Positions 23,801 to 38,800 of a stretch of 64,000 nucleotides of DNA are shown in pieces. The stretch comes from Yuukianura sp. NJ FZ-2021 (lineage: Eukaryota): NCBI GenBank assembly GCA_046563655.1, contig CM102289.1:5022001-5086000 (forward strand), in the 5' to 3' direction. The first letter of the stretch is position 1, and every line of letters starts with the position of its first letter. A program made the position numbers and the translations under genes. The notes beneath the pieces are model-generated. The model worked only from the letters and a program-made list of their open reading frames with translations. It was not told where the DNA came from and did not search any database.

Positions 23801-26800
23801 CCTACTAAACTTTTAACTTTTTGGAATTTGGAATTTAGTTGATTAGAAAGAGTGATTTTCCTACTAAACTTTTAACTTTTTGGAATTTGGAATTTAGTTG
23901 ATTAGAAAGAGTGATTTTCCTACTAAACTTTTAACTTTTTGGAATTTGGAATTTAGTTGATTAGAAAGAGTGATTTTCCTACTAAACTTTTAACTTTTTG
24001 GAATTTGGAATTTAGTTGATTAGAAAGAGTGATTTTCCTACTAAACTTTTAACTTTTTGGAATTTGGAATTTAGTTGATTAGAAAGAGTGATTTTCCTAC
24101 TAAACTTTTAACTTTTTGGAATTTGGAATTTAGTTGATTAGAAAGAGTGATTTTCCTACTAAACTTTTAACTTTTTGGAATTTGGAATTTAGTTGATTAG
24201 AAAGAGTGATTTTCCTACTAAACTTTTAACTTTTTGGAATTTGGAATTTAGTTGATTAGAAAGAGTGATTTTCCTACTAAACTTTTAACTTTTTGGAATT
24301 TGGAATTTAGTTGATTAGAAAGAGTGATTTTCCTACTAAACTTTTAACTTTTTGGAATTTGGAATTTAGTTGATTAGAAAGAGTGATTTTCCTACTAAAC
24401 TTTTAACTTTTTGGAATTTGGAATTTAGTTGATTAGAAAGAGTGATTTTCCTACTAAACTTTTAACTTTTTGGAATTTGGAATTTAGTTGATTAGAAAGA
24501 GTGATTTTCCTACTAAACTTTTAACTTTTTGGAATTTGGAATTTAGTTGATTAGAAAGAGTGATTTTCCTACTAAACTTTTAACTTTTTGGAATTTGGAA
24601 TTTAGTTGATTAGAAAGAGTGATTTTCCTACTAAACTTTTAACTTTTTGGAATTTGGAATTTAGTTGATTAGAAAGAGTGATTTTCCTACTAAACTTTTA
24701 ACTTTTTGGAATTTGGAATTTAGTTGATTAGAAAGAGTGATTTTCCTACTAAACTTTTAACTTTTTGGAATTTGGAATTTAGTTGATTAGAAAGAGTGAT
24801 TTTCCTACTAAACTTTTAACTTTTTGGAATTTGGAATTTAGTTGATTAGAAAGAGTGATTTTCCTACTAAACTTTTAACTTTTTGGAATTTGGAATTTAG
24901 TTGATTAGAAAGAGTGATTTTCCTACTAAACTTTTAACTTTTTGGAATTTGGAATTTAGTTGATTAGAAAGAGTGATTTTCCTACTAAACTTTTAACTTT
25001 TTGGAATTTGGAATTTAGTTGATTAGAAAGAGTGATTTTCCTACTAAACTTTTAACTTTTTGGAATTTGGAATTTAGTTGATTAGAAAGAGTGATTTTCC
25101 TACTAAACTTTTAACTTTTTGGAATTTGGAATTTAGTTGATTAGAAAGAGTGATTTTCCTACTAAACTTTTAACTTTTTGGAATTTGGAATTTAGTTGAT
25201 TAGAAAGAGTGATTTTCCTACTAAACTTTTAACTTTTTGGAATTTGGAATTTAGTTGATTAGAAAGAGTGATTTTCCTACTAAACTTTTAACTTTTTGGA
25301 ATTTGGAATTTAGTTGATTAGAAAGAGTGATTTTCCTACTAAACTTTTAACTTTTTGGAATTTGGAATTTAGTTGATTAGAAAGAGTGATTTTCCTACTA
25401 AACTTTTAACTTTTTGGAATTTGGAATTTAGTTGATTAGAAAGAGTGATTTTCCTACTAAACTTTTAACTTTTTGGAATTTGGAATTTAGTTGATTAGAA
25501 AGAGTGATTTTCCTACTAAACTTTTAACTTTTTGGAATTTGGAATTTAGTTGATTAGAAAGAGTGATTTTCCTACTAAACTTTTAACTTTTTGGAATTTG
25601 GAATTTAGTTGATTAGAAAGAGTGATTTTCCTACTAAACTTTTAACTTTTTGGAATTTGGAATTTAGTTGATTAGAAAGAGTGATTTTCCTACTAAACTT
25701 TTAACTTTTTGGAATTTGGAATTTAGTTGATTAGAAAGAGTGATTTTCCTACTAAACTTTTAACTTTTTGGAATTTGGAATTTAGTTGATTAGAAAGAGT
25801 GATTTTCCTACTAAACTTTTAACTTTTTGGAATTTGGAATTTAGTTGATTAGAAAGAGTGATTTTCCTACTAAACTTTTAACTTTTTGGAATTTGGAATT
25901 TAGTTGATTAGAAAGAGTGATTTTCCTACTAAACTTTTAACTTTTTGGAATTTGGAATTTAGTTGATTAGAAAGAGTGATTTTCCTACTAAACTTTTAAC
26001 TTTTTGGAATTTGGAATTTAGTTGATTAGAAAGAGTGATTTTCCTACTAAACTTTTAACTTTTTGGAATTTGGAATTTAGTTGATTAGAAAGAGTGATTT
26101 TCCTACTAAACTTTTAACTTTTTGGAATTTGGAATTTAGTTGATTAGAAAGAGTGATTTTCCTACTAAACTTTTAACTTTTTGGAATTTGGAATTTAGTT
26201 GATTAGAAAGAGTGATTTTCCTACTAAACTTTTAACTTTTTGGAATTTGGAATTTAGTTGATTAGAAAGAGTGATTTTCCTACTAAACTTTTAACTTTTT
26301 GGAATTTGGAATTTAGTTGATTAGAAAGAGTGATTTTCCTACTAAACTTTTAACTTTTTGGAATTTGGAATTTAGTTGATTAGAAAGAGTGATTTTCCTA
26401 CTAAACTTTTAACTTTTTGGAATTTGGAATTTAGTTGATTAGAAAGAGTGATTTTCCTACTAAACTTTTAACTTTTTGGAATTTGGAATTTAGTTGATTA
26501 GAAAGAGTGATTTTCCTACTAAACTTTTAACTTTTTGGAATTTGGAATTTAGTTGATTAGAAAGAGTGATTTTCCTACTAAACTTTTAACTTTTTGGAAT
26601 TTGGAATTTAGTTGATTAGAAAGAGTGATTTTCCTACTAAACTTTTAACTTTTTGGAATTTGGAATTTAGTTGATTAGAAAGAGTGATTTTCCTACTAAA
26701 CTTTTAACTTTTTGGAATTTGGAATTTAGTTGATTAGAAAGAGTGATTTTCCTACTAAACTTTTAACTTTTTGGAATTTGGAATTTAGTTGATTAGAAAG

Positions 26801-29800
26801 AGTGATTTTCCTACTAAACTTTTAACTTTTTGGAATTTGGAATTTAGTTGATTAGAAAGAGTGATTTTCCTACTAAACTTTTAACTTTTTGGAATTTGGA
26901 ATTTAGTTGATTAGAAAGAGTGATTTTCCTACTAAACTTTTAACTTTTTGGAATTTGGAATTTAGTTGATTAGAAAGAGTGATTTTCCTACTAAACTTTT
27001 AACTTTTTGGAATTTGGAATTTAGTTGATTAGAAAGAGTGATTTTCCTACTAAACTTTTAACTTTTTGGAATTTGGAATTTAGTTGATTAGAAAGAGTGA
27101 TTTTCCTACTAAACTTTTAACTTTTTGGAATTTGGAATTTAGTTGATTAGAAAGAGTGATTTTCCTACTAAACTTTTAACTTTTTGGAATTTGGAATTTA
27201 GTTGATTAGAAAGAGTGATTTTCCTACTAAACTTTTAACTTTTTGGAATTTGGAATTTAGTTGATTAGAAAGAGTGATTTTCCTACTAAACTTTTAACTT
27301 TTTGGAATTTGGAATTTAGTTGATTAGAAAGAGTGATTTTCCTACTAAACTTTTAACTTTTTGGAATTTGGAATTTAGTTGATTAGAAAGAGTGATTTTC
27401 CTACTAAACTTTTAACTTTTTGGAATTTGGAATTTAGTTGATTAGAAAGAGTGATTTTCCTACTAAACTTTTAACTTTTTGGAATTTGGAATTTAGTTGA
27501 TTAGAAAGAGTGATTTTCCTACTAAACTTTTAACTTTTTGGAATTTGGAATTTAGTTGATTAGAAAGAGTGATTTTCCTACTAAACTTTTAACTTTTTGG
27601 AATTTGGAATTTAGTTGATTAGAAAGAGTGATTTTCCTACTAAACTTTTAACTTTTTGGAATTTGGAATTTAGTTGATTAGAAAGAGTGATTTTCCTACT
27701 AAACTTTTAACTTTTTGGAATTTGGAATTTAGTTGATTAGAAAGAGTGATTTTCCTACTAAACTTTTAACTTTTTGGAATTTGGAATTTAGTTGATTAGA
27801 AAGAGTGATTTTCCTACTAAACTTTTAACTTTTTGGAATTTGGAATTTAGTTGATTAGAAAGAGTGATTTTCCTACTAAACTTTTAACTTTTTGGAATTT
27901 GGAATTTAGTTGATTAGAAAGAGTGATTTTCCTACTAAACTTTTAACTTTTTGGAATTTGGAATTTAGTTGATTAGAAAGAGTGATTTTCCTACTAAACT
28001 TTTAACTTTTTGGAATTTGGAATTTAGTTGATTAGAAAGAGTGATTTTCCTACTAAACTTTTAACTTTTTGGAATTTGGAATTTAGTTGATTAGAAAGAG
28101 TGATTTTCCTACTAAACTTTTAACTTTTTGGAATTTGGAATTTAGTTGATTAGAAAGAGTGATTTTCCTACTAAACTTTTAACTTTTTGGAATTTGGAAT
28201 TTAGTTGATTAGAAAGAGTGATTTTCCTACTAAACTTTTAACTTTTTGGAATTTGGAATTTAGTTGATTAGAAAGAGTGATTTTCCTACTAAACTTTTAA
28301 CTTTTTGGAATTTGGAATTTAGTTGATTAGAAAGAGTGATTTTCCTACTAAACTTTTAACTTTTTGGAATTTGGAATTTAGTTGATTAGAAAGAGTGATT
28401 TTCCTACTAAACTTTTAACTTTTTGGAATTTGGAATTTAGTTGATTAGAAAGAGTGATTTTCCTACTAAACTTTTAACTTTTTGGAATTTGGAATTTAGT
28501 TGATTAGAAAGAGTGATTTTCCTACTAAACTTTTAACTTTTTGGAATTTGGAATTTAGTTGATTAGAAAGAGTGATTTTCCTACTAAACTTTTAACTTTT
28601 TGGAATTTGGAATTTAGTTGATTAGAAAGAGTGATTTTCCTACTAAACTTTTAACTTTTTGGAATTTGGAATTTAGTTGATTAGAAAGAGTGATTTTCCT
28701 ACTAAACTTTTAACTTTTTGGAATTTGGAATTTAGTTGATTAGAAAGAGTGATTTTCCTACTAAACTTTTAACTTTTTGGAATTTGGAATTTAGTTGATT
28801 AGAAAGAGTGATTTTCCTACTAAACTTTTAACTTTTTGGAATTTGGAATTTAGTTGATTAGAAAGAGTGATTTTCCTACTAAACTTTTAACTTTTTGGAA
28901 TTTGGAATTTAGTTGATTAGAAAGAGTGATTTTCCTACTAAACTTTTAACTTTTTGGAATTTGGAATTTAGTTGATTAGAAAGAGTGATTTTCCTACTAA
29001 ACTTTTAACTTTTTGGAATTTGGAATTTAGTTGATTAGAAAGAGTGATTTTCCTACTAAACTTTTAACTTTTTGGAATTTGGAATTTAGTTGATTAGAAA
29101 GAGTGATTTTCCTACTAAACTTTTAACTTTTTGGAATTTGGAATTTAGTTGATTAGAAAGAGTGATTTTCCTACTAAACTTTTAACTTTTTGGAATTTGG
29201 AATTTAGTTGATTAGAAAGAGTGATTTTCCTACTAAACTTTTAACTTTTTGGAATTTGGAATTTAGTTGATTAGAAAGAGTGATTTTCCTACTAAACTTT
29301 TAACTTTTTGGAATTTGGAATTTAGTTGATTAGAAAGAGTGATTTTCCTACTAAACTTTTAACTTTTTGGAATTTGGAATTTAGTTGATTAGAAAGAGTG
29401 ATTTTCCTACTAAACTTTTAACTTTTTGGAATTTGGAATTTAGTTGATTAGAAAGAGTGATTTTCCTACTAAACTTTTAACTTTTTGGAATTTGGAATTT
29501 AGTTGATTAGAAAGAGTGATTTTCCTACTAAACTTTTAACTTTTTGGAATTTGGAATTTAGTTGATTAGAAAGAGTGATTTTCCTACTAAACTTTTAACT
29601 TTTTGGAATTTGGAATTTAGTTGATTAGAAAGAGTGATTTTCCTACTAAACTTTTAACTTTTTGGAATTTGGAATTTAGTTGATTAGAAAGAGTGATTTT
29701 CCTACTAAACTTTTAACTTTTTGGAATTTGGAATTTAGTTGATTAGAAAGAGTGATTTTCCTACTAAACTTTTAACTTTTTGGAATTTGGAATTTAGTTG

Positions 29801-32800
29801 ATTAGAAAGAGTGATTTTCCTACTAAACTTTTAACTTTTTGGAATTTGGAATTTAGTTGATTAGAAAGAGTGATTTTCCTACTAAACTTTTAACTTTTTG
29901 GAATTTGGAATTTAGTTGATTAGAAAGAGTGATTTTCCTACTAAACTTTTAACTTTTTGGAATTTGGAATTTAGTTGATTAGAAAGAGTGATTTTCCTAC
30001 TAAACTTTTAACTTTTTGGAATTTGGAATTTAGTTGATTAGAAAGAGTGATTTTCCTACTAAACTTTTAACTTTTTGGAATTTGGAATTTAGTTGATTAG
30101 AAAGAGTGATTTTCCTACTAAACTTTTAACTTTTTGGAATTTGGAATTTAGTTGATTAGAAAGAGTGATTTTCCTACTAAACTTTTAACTTTTTGGAATT
30201 TGGAATTTAGTTGATTAGAAAGAGTGATTTTCCTACTAAACTTTTAACTTTTTGGAATTTGGAATTTAGTTGATTAGAAAGAGTGATTTTCCTACTAAAC
30301 TTTTAACTTTTTGGAATTTGGAATTTAGTTGATTAGAAAGAGTGATTTTCCTACTAAACTTTTAACTTTTTGGAATTTGGAATTTAGTTGATTAGAAAGA
30401 GTGATTTTCCTACTAAACTTTTAACTTTTTGGAATTTGGAATTTAGTTGATTAGAAAGAGTGATTTTCCTACTAAACTTTTAACTTTTTGGAATTTGGAA
30501 TTTAGTTGATTAGAAAGAGTGATTTTCCTACTAAACTTTTAACTTTTTGGAATTTGGAATTTAGTTGATTAGAAAGAGTGATTTTCCTACTAAACTTTTA
30601 ACTTTTTGGAATTTGGAATTTAGTTGATTAGAAAGAGTGATTTTCCTACTAAACTTTTAACTTTTTGGAATTTGGAATTTAGTTGATTAGAAAGAGTGAT
30701 TTTCCTACTAAACTTTTAACTTTTTGGAATTTGGAATTTAGTTGATTAGAAAGAGTGATTTTCCTACTAAACTTTTAACTTTTTGGAATTTGGAATTTAG
30801 TTGATTAGAAAGAGTGATTTTCCTACTAAACTTTTAACTTTTTGGAATTTGGAATTTAGTTGATTAGAAAGAGTGATTTTCCTACTAAACTTTTAACTTT
30901 TTGGAATTTGGAATTTAGTTGATTAGAAAGAGTGATTTTCCTACTAAACTTTTAACTTTTTGGAATTTGGAATTTAGTTGATTAGAAAGAGTGATTTTCC
31001 TACTAAACTTTTAACTTTTTGGAATTTGGAATTTAGTTGATTAGAAAGAGTGATTTTCCTACTAAACTTTTAACTTTTTGGAATTTGGAATTTAGTTGAT
31101 TAGAAAGAGTGATTTTCCTACTAAACTTTTAACTTTTTGGAATTTGGAATTTAGTTGATTAGAAAGAGTGATTTTCCTACTAAACTTTTAACTTTTTGGA
31201 ATTTGGAATTTAGTTGATTAGAAAGAGTGATTTTCCTACTAAACTTTTAACTTTTTGGAATTTGGAATTTAGTTGATTAGAAAGAGTGATTTTCCTACTA
31301 AACTTTTAACTTTTTGGAATTTGGAATTTAGTTGATTAGAAAGAGTGATTTTCCTACTAAACTTTTAACTTTTTGGAATTTGGAATTTAGTTGATTAGAA
31401 AGAGTGATTTTCCTACTAAACTTTTAACTTTTTGGAATTTGGAATTTAGTTGATTAGAAAGAGTGATTTTCCTACTAAACTTTTAACTTTTTGGAATTTG
31501 GAATTTAGTTGATTAGAAAGAGTGATTTTCCTACTAAACTTTTAACTTTTTGGAATTTGGAATTTAGTTGATTAGAAAGAGTGATTTTCCTACTAAACTT
31601 TTAACTTTTTGGAATTTGGAATTTAGTTGATTAGAAAGAGTGATTTTCCTACTAAACTTTTAACTTTTTGGAATTTGGAATTTAGTTGATTAGAAAGAGT
31701 GATTTTCCTACTAAACTTTTAACTTTTTGGAATTTGGAATTTAGTTGATTAGAAAGAGTGATTTTCCTACTAAACTTTTAACTTTTTGGAATTTGGAATT
31801 TAGTTGATTAGAAAGAGTGATTTTCCTACTAAACTTTTAACTTTTTGGAATTTGGAATTTAGTTGATTAGAAAGAGTGATTTTCCTACTAAACTTTTAAC
31901 TTTTTGGAATTTGGAATTTAGTTGATTAGAAAGAGTGATTTTCCTACTAAACTTTTAACTTTTTGGAATTTGGAATTTAGTTGATTAGAAAGAGTGATTT
32001 TCCTACTAAACTTTTAACTTTTTGGAATTTGGAATTTAGTTGATTAGAAAGAGTGATTTTCCTACTAAACTTTTAACTTTTTGGAATTTGGAATTTAGTT
32101 GATTAGAAAGAGTGATTTTCCTACTAAACTTTTAACTTTTTGGAATTTGGAATTTAGTTGATTAGAAAGAGTGATTTTCCTACTAAACTTTTAACTTTTT
32201 GGAATTTGGAATTTAGTTGATTAGAAAGAGTGATTTTCCTACTAAACTTTTAACTTTTTGGAATTTGGAATTTAGTTGATTAGAAAGAGTGATTTTCCTA
32301 CTAAACTTTTAACTTTTTGGAATTTGGAATTTAGTTGATTAGAAAGAGTGATTTTCCTACTAAACTTTTAACTTTTTGGAATTTGGAATTTAGTTGATTA
32401 GAAAGAGTGATTTTCCTACTAAACTTTTAACTTTTTGGAATTTGGAATTTAGTTGATTAGAAAGAGTGATTTTCCTACTAAACTTTTAACTTTTTGGAAT
32501 TTGGAATTTAGTTGATTAGAAAGAGTGATTTTCCTACTAAACTTTTAACTTTTTGGAATTTGGAATTTAGTTGATTAGAAAGAGTGATTTTCCTACTAAA
32601 CTTTTAACTTTTTGGAATTTGGAATTTAGTTGATTAGAAAGAGTGATTTTCCTACTAAACTTTTAACTTTTTGGAATTTGGAATTTAGTTGATTAGAAAG
32701 AGTGATTTTCCTACTAAACTTTTAACTTTTTGGAATTTGGAATTTAGTTGATTAGAAAGAGTGATTTTCCTACTAAACTTTTAACTTTTTGGAATTTGGA

Positions 32801-35800
32801 ATTTAGTTGATTAGAAAGAGTGATTTTCCTACTAAACTTTTAACTTTTTGGAATTTGGAATTTAGTTGATTAGAAAGAGTGATTTTCCTACTAAACTTTT
32901 AACTTTTTGGAATTTGGAATTTAGTTGATTAGAAAGAGTGATTTTCCTACTAAACTTTTAACTTTTTGGAATTTGGAATTTAGTTGATTAGAAAGAGTGA
33001 TTTTCCTACTAAACTTTTAACTTTTTGGAATTTGGAATTTAGTTGATTAGAAAGAGTGATTTTCCTACTAAACTTTTAACTTTTTGGAATTTGGAATTTA
33101 GTTGATTAGAAAGAGTGATTTTCCTACTAAACTTTTAACTTTTTGGAATTTGGAATTTAGTTGATTAGAAAGAGTGATTTTCCTACTAAACTTTTAACTT
33201 TTTGGAATTTGGAATTTAGTTGATTAGAAAGAGTGATTTTCCTACTAAACTTTTAACTTTTTGGAATTTGGAATTTAGTTGATTAGAAAGAGTGATTTTC
33301 CTACTAAACTTTTAACTTTTTGGAATTTGGAATTTAGTTGATTAGAAAGAGTGATTTTCCTACTAAACTTTTAACTTTTTGGAATTTGGAATTTAGTTGA
33401 TTAGAAAGAGTGATTTTCCTACTAAACTTTTAACTTTTTGGAATTTGGAATTTAGTTGATTAGAAAGAGTGATTTTCCTACTAAACTTTTAACTTTTTGG
33501 AATTTGGAATTTAGTTGATTAGAAAGAGTGATTTTCCTACTAAACTTTTAACTTTTTGGAATTTGGAATTTAGTTGATTAGAAAGAGTGATTTTCCTACT
33601 AAACTTTTAACTTTTTGGAATTTGGAATTTAGTTGATTAGAAAGAGTGATTTTCCTACTAAACTTTTAACTTTTTGGAATTTGGAATTTAGTTGATTAGA
33701 AAGAGTGATTTTCCTACTAAACTTTTAACTTTTTGGAATTTGGAATTTAGTTGATTAGAAAGAGTGATTTTCCTACTAAACTTTTAACTTTTTGGAATTT
33801 GGAATTTAGTTGATTAGAAAGAGTGATTTTCCTACTAAACTTTTAACTTTTTGGAATTTGGAATTTAGTTGATTAGAAAGAGTGATTTTCCTACTAAACT
33901 TTTAACTTTTTGGAATTTGGAATTTAGTTGATTAGAAAGAGTGATTTTCCTACTAAACTTTTAACTTTTTGGAATTTGGAATTTAGTTGATTAGAAAGAG
34001 TGATTTTCCTACTAAACTTTTAACTTTTTGGAATTTGGAATTTAGTTGATTAGAAAGAGTGATTTTCCTACTAAACTTTTAACTTTTTGGAATTTGGAAT
34101 TTAGTTGATTAGAAAGAGTGATTTTCCTACTAAACTTTTAACTTTTTGGAATTTGGAATTTAGTTGATTAGAAAGAGTGATTTTCCTACTAAACTTTTAA
34201 CTTTTTGGAATTTGGAATTTAGTTGATTAGAAAGAGTGATTTTCCTACTAAACTTTTAACTTTTTGGAATTTGGAATTTAGTTGATTAGAAAGAGTGATT
34301 TTCCTACTAAACTTTTAACTTTTTGGAATTTGGAATTTAGTTGATTAGAAAGAGTGATTTTCCTACTAAACTTTTAACTTTTTGGAATTTGGAATTTAGT
34401 TGATTAGAAAGAGTGATTTTCCTACTAAACTTTTAACTTTTTGGAATTTGGAATTTAGTTGATTAGAAAGAGTGATTTTCCTACTAAACTTTTAACTTTT
34501 TGGAATTTGGAATTTAGTTGATTAGAAAGAGTGATTTTCCTACTAAACTTTTAACTTTTTGGAATTTGGAATTTAGTTGATTAGAAAGAGTGATTTTCCT
34601 ACTAAACTTTTAACTTTTTGGAATTTGGAATTTAGTTGATTAGAAAGAGTGATTTTCCTACTAAACTTTTAACTTTTTGGAATTTGGAATTTAGTTGATT
34701 AGAAAGAGTGATTTTCCTACTAAACTTTTAACTTTTTGGAATTTGGAATTTAGTTGATTAGAAAGAGTGATTTTCCTACTAAACTTTTAACTTTTTGGAA
34801 TTTGGAATTTAGTTGATTAGAAAGAGTGATTTTCCTACTAAACTTTTAACTTTTTGGAATTTGGAATTTAGTTGATTAGAAAGAGTGATTTTCCTACTAA
34901 ACTTTTAACTTTTTGGAATTTGGAATTTAGTTGATTAGAAAGAGTGATTTTCCTACTAAACTTTTAACTTTTTGGAATTTGGAATTTAGTTGATTAGAAA
35001 GAGTGATTTTCCTACTAAACTTTTAACTTTTTGGAATTTGGAATTTAGTTGATTAGAAAGAGTGATTTTCCTACTAAACTTTTAACTTTTTGGAATTTGG
35101 AATTTAGTTGATTAGAAAGAGTGATTTTCCTACTAAACTTTTAACTTTTTGGAATTTGGAATTTAGTTGATTAGAAAGAGTGATTTTCCTACTAAACTTT
35201 TAACTTTTTGGAATTTGGAATTTAGTTGATTAGAAAGAGTGATTTTCCTACTAAACTTTTAACTTTTTGGAATTTGGAATTTAGTTGATTAGAAAGAGTG
35301 ATTTTCCTACTAAACTTTTAACTTTTTGGAATTTGGAATTTAGTTGATTAGAAAGAGTGATTTTCCTACTAAACTTTTAACTTTTTGGAATTTGGAATTT
35401 AGTTGATTAGAAAGAGTGATTTTCCTACTAAACTTTTAACTTTTTGGAATTTGGAATTTAGTTGATTAGAAAGAGTGATTTTCCTACTAAACTTTTAACT
35501 TTTTGGAATTTGGAATTTAGTTGATTAGAAAGAGTGATTTTCCTACTAAACTTTTAACTTTTTGGAATTTGGAATTTAGTTGATTAGAAAGAGTGATTTT
35601 CCTACTAAACTTTTAACTTTTTGGAATTTGGAATTTAGTTGATTAGAAAGAGTGATTTTCCTACTAAACTTTTAACTTTTTGGAATTTGGAATTTAGTTG
35701 ATTAGAAAGAGTGATTTTCCTACTAAACTTTTAACTTTTTGGAATTTGGAATTTAGTTGATTAGAAAGAGTGATTTTCCTACTAAACTTTTAACTTTTTG

Positions 35801-38800
35801 GAATTTGGAATTTAGTTGATTAGAAAGAGTGATTTTCCTACTAAACTTTTAACTTTTTGGAATTTGGAATTTAGTTGATTAGAAAGAGTGATTTTCCTAC
35901 TAAACTTTTAACTTTTTGGAATTTGGAATTTAGTTGATTAGAAAGAGTGATTTTCCTACTAAACTTTTAACTTTTTGGAATTTGGAATTTAGTTGATTAG
36001 AAAGAGTGATTTTCCTACTAAACTTTTAACTTTTTGGAATTTGGAATTTAGTTGATTAGAAAGAGTGATTTTCCTACTAAACTTTTAACTTTTTGGAATT
36101 TGGAATTTAGTTGATTAGAAAGAGTGATTTTCCTACTAAACTTTTAACTTTTTGGAATTTGGAATTTAGTTGATTAGAAAGAGTGATTTTCCTACTAAAC
36201 TTTTAACTTTTTGGAATTTGGAATTTAGTTGATTAGAAAGAGTGATTTTCCTACTAAACTTTTAACTTTTTGGAATTTGGAATTTAGTTGATTAGAAAGA
36301 GTGATTTTCCTACTAAACTTTTAACTTTTTGGAATTTGGAATTTAGTTGATTAGAAAGAGTGATTTTCCTACTAAACTTTTAACTTTTTGGAATTTGGAA
36401 TTTAGTTGATTAGAAAGAGTGATTTTCCTACTAAACTTTTAACTTTTTGGAATTTGGAATTTAGTTGATTAGAAAGAGTGATTTTCCTACTAAACTTTTA
36501 ACTTTTTGGAATTTGGAATTTAGTTGATTAGAAAGAGTGATTTTCCTACTAAACTTTTAACTTTTTGGAATTTGGAATTTAGTTGATTAGAAAGAGTGAT
36601 TTTCCTACTAAACTTTTAACTTTTTGGAATTTGGAATTTAGTTGATTAGAAAGAGTGATTTTCCTACTAAACTTTTAACTTTTTGGAATTTGGAATTTAG
36701 TTGATTAGAAAGAGTGATTTTCCTACTAAACTTTTAACTTTTTGGAATTTGGAATTTAGTTGATTAGAAAGAGTGATTTTCCTACTAAACTTTTAACTTT
36801 TTGGAATTTGGAATTTAGTTGATTAGAAAGAGTGATTTTCCTACTAAACTTTTAACTTTTTGGAATTTGGAATTTAGTTGATTAGAAAGAGTGATTTTCC
36901 TACTAAACTTTTAACTTTTTGGAATTTGGAATTTAGTTGATTAGAAAGAGTGATTTTCCTACTAAACTTTTAACTTTTTGGAATTTGGAATTTAGTTGAT
37001 TAGAAAGAGTGATTTTCCTACTAAACTTTTAACTTTTTGGAATTTGGAATTTAGTTGATTAGAAAGAGTGATTTTCCTACTAAACTTTTAACTTTTTGGA
37101 ATTTGGAATTTAGTTGATTAGAAAGAGTGATTTTCCTACTAAACTTTTAACTTTTTGGAATTTGGAATTTAGTTGATTAGAAAGAGTGATTTTCCTACTA
37201 AACTTTTAACTTTTTGGAATTTGGAATTTAGTTGATTAGAAAGAGTGATTTTCCTACTAAACTTTTAACTTTTTGGAATTTGGAATTTAGTTGATTAGAA
37301 AGAGTGATTTTCCTACTAAACTTTTAACTTTTTGGAATTTGGAATTTAGTTGATTAGAAAGAGTGATTTTCCTACTAAACTTTTAACTTTTTGGAATTTG
37401 GAATTTAGTTGATTAGAAAGAGTGATTTTCCTACTAAACTTTTAACTTTTTGGAATTTGGAATTTAGTTGATTAGAAAGAGTGATTTTCCTACTAAACTT
37501 TTAACTTTTTGGAATTTGGAATTTAGTTGATTAGAAAGAGTGATTTTCCTACTAAACTTTTAACTTTTTGGAATTTGGAATTTAGTTGATTAGAAAGAGT
37601 GATTTTCCTACTAAACTTTTAACTTTTTGGAATTTGGAATTTAGTTGATTAGAAAGAGTGATTTTCCTACTAAACTTTTAACTTTTTGGAATTTGGAATT
37701 TAGTTGATTAGAAAGAGTGATTTTCCTACTAAACTTTTAACTTTTTGGAATTTGGAATTTAGTTGATTAGAAAGAGTGATTTTCCTACTAAACTTTTAAC
37801 TTTTTGGAATTTGGAATTTAGTTGATTAGAAAGAGTGATTTTCCTACTAAACTTTTAACTTTTTGGAATTTGGAATTTAGTTGATTAGAAAGAGTGATTT
37901 TCCTACTAAACTTTTAACTTTTTGGAATTTGGAATTTAGTTGATTAGAAAGAGTGATTTTCCTACTAAACTTTTAACTTTTTGGAATTTGGAATTTAGTT
38001 GATTAGAAAGAGTGATTTTCCTACTAAACTTTTAACTTTTTGGAATTTGGAATTTAGTTGATTAGAAAGAGTGATTTTCCTACTAAACTTTTAACTTTTT
38101 GGAATTTGGAATTTAGTTGATTAGAAAGAGTGATTTTCCTACTAAACTTTTAACTTTTTGGAATTTGGAATTTAGTTGATTAGAAAGAGTGATTTTCCTA
38201 CTAAACTTTTAACTTTTTGGAATTTGGAATTTAGTTGATTAGAAAGAGTGATTTTCCTACTAAACTTTTAACTTTTTGGAATTTGGAATTTAGTTGATTA
38301 GAAAGAGTGATTTTCCTACTAAACTTTTAACTTTTTGGAATTTGGAATTTAGTTGATTAGAAAGAGTGATTTTCCTACTAAACTTTTAACTTTTTGGAAT
38401 TTGGAATTTAGTTGATTAGAAAGAGTGATTTTCCTACTAAACTTTTAACTTTTTGGAATTTGGAATTTAGTTGATTAGAAAGAGTGATTTTCCTACTAAA
38501 CTTTTAACTTTTTGGAATTTGGAATTTAGTTGATTAGAAAGAGTGATTTTCCTACTAAACTTTTAACTTTTTGGAATTTGGAATTTAGTTGATTAGAAAG
38601 AGTGATTTTCCTACTAAACTTTTAACTTTTTGGAATTTGGAATTTAGTTGATTAGAAAGAGTGATTTTCCTACTAAACTTTTAACTTTTTGGAATTTGGA
38701 ATTTAGTTGATTAGAAAGAGTGATTTTCCTACTAAACTTTTAACTTTTTGGAATTTGGAATTTAGTTGATTAGAAAGAGTGATTTTCCTACTAAACTTTT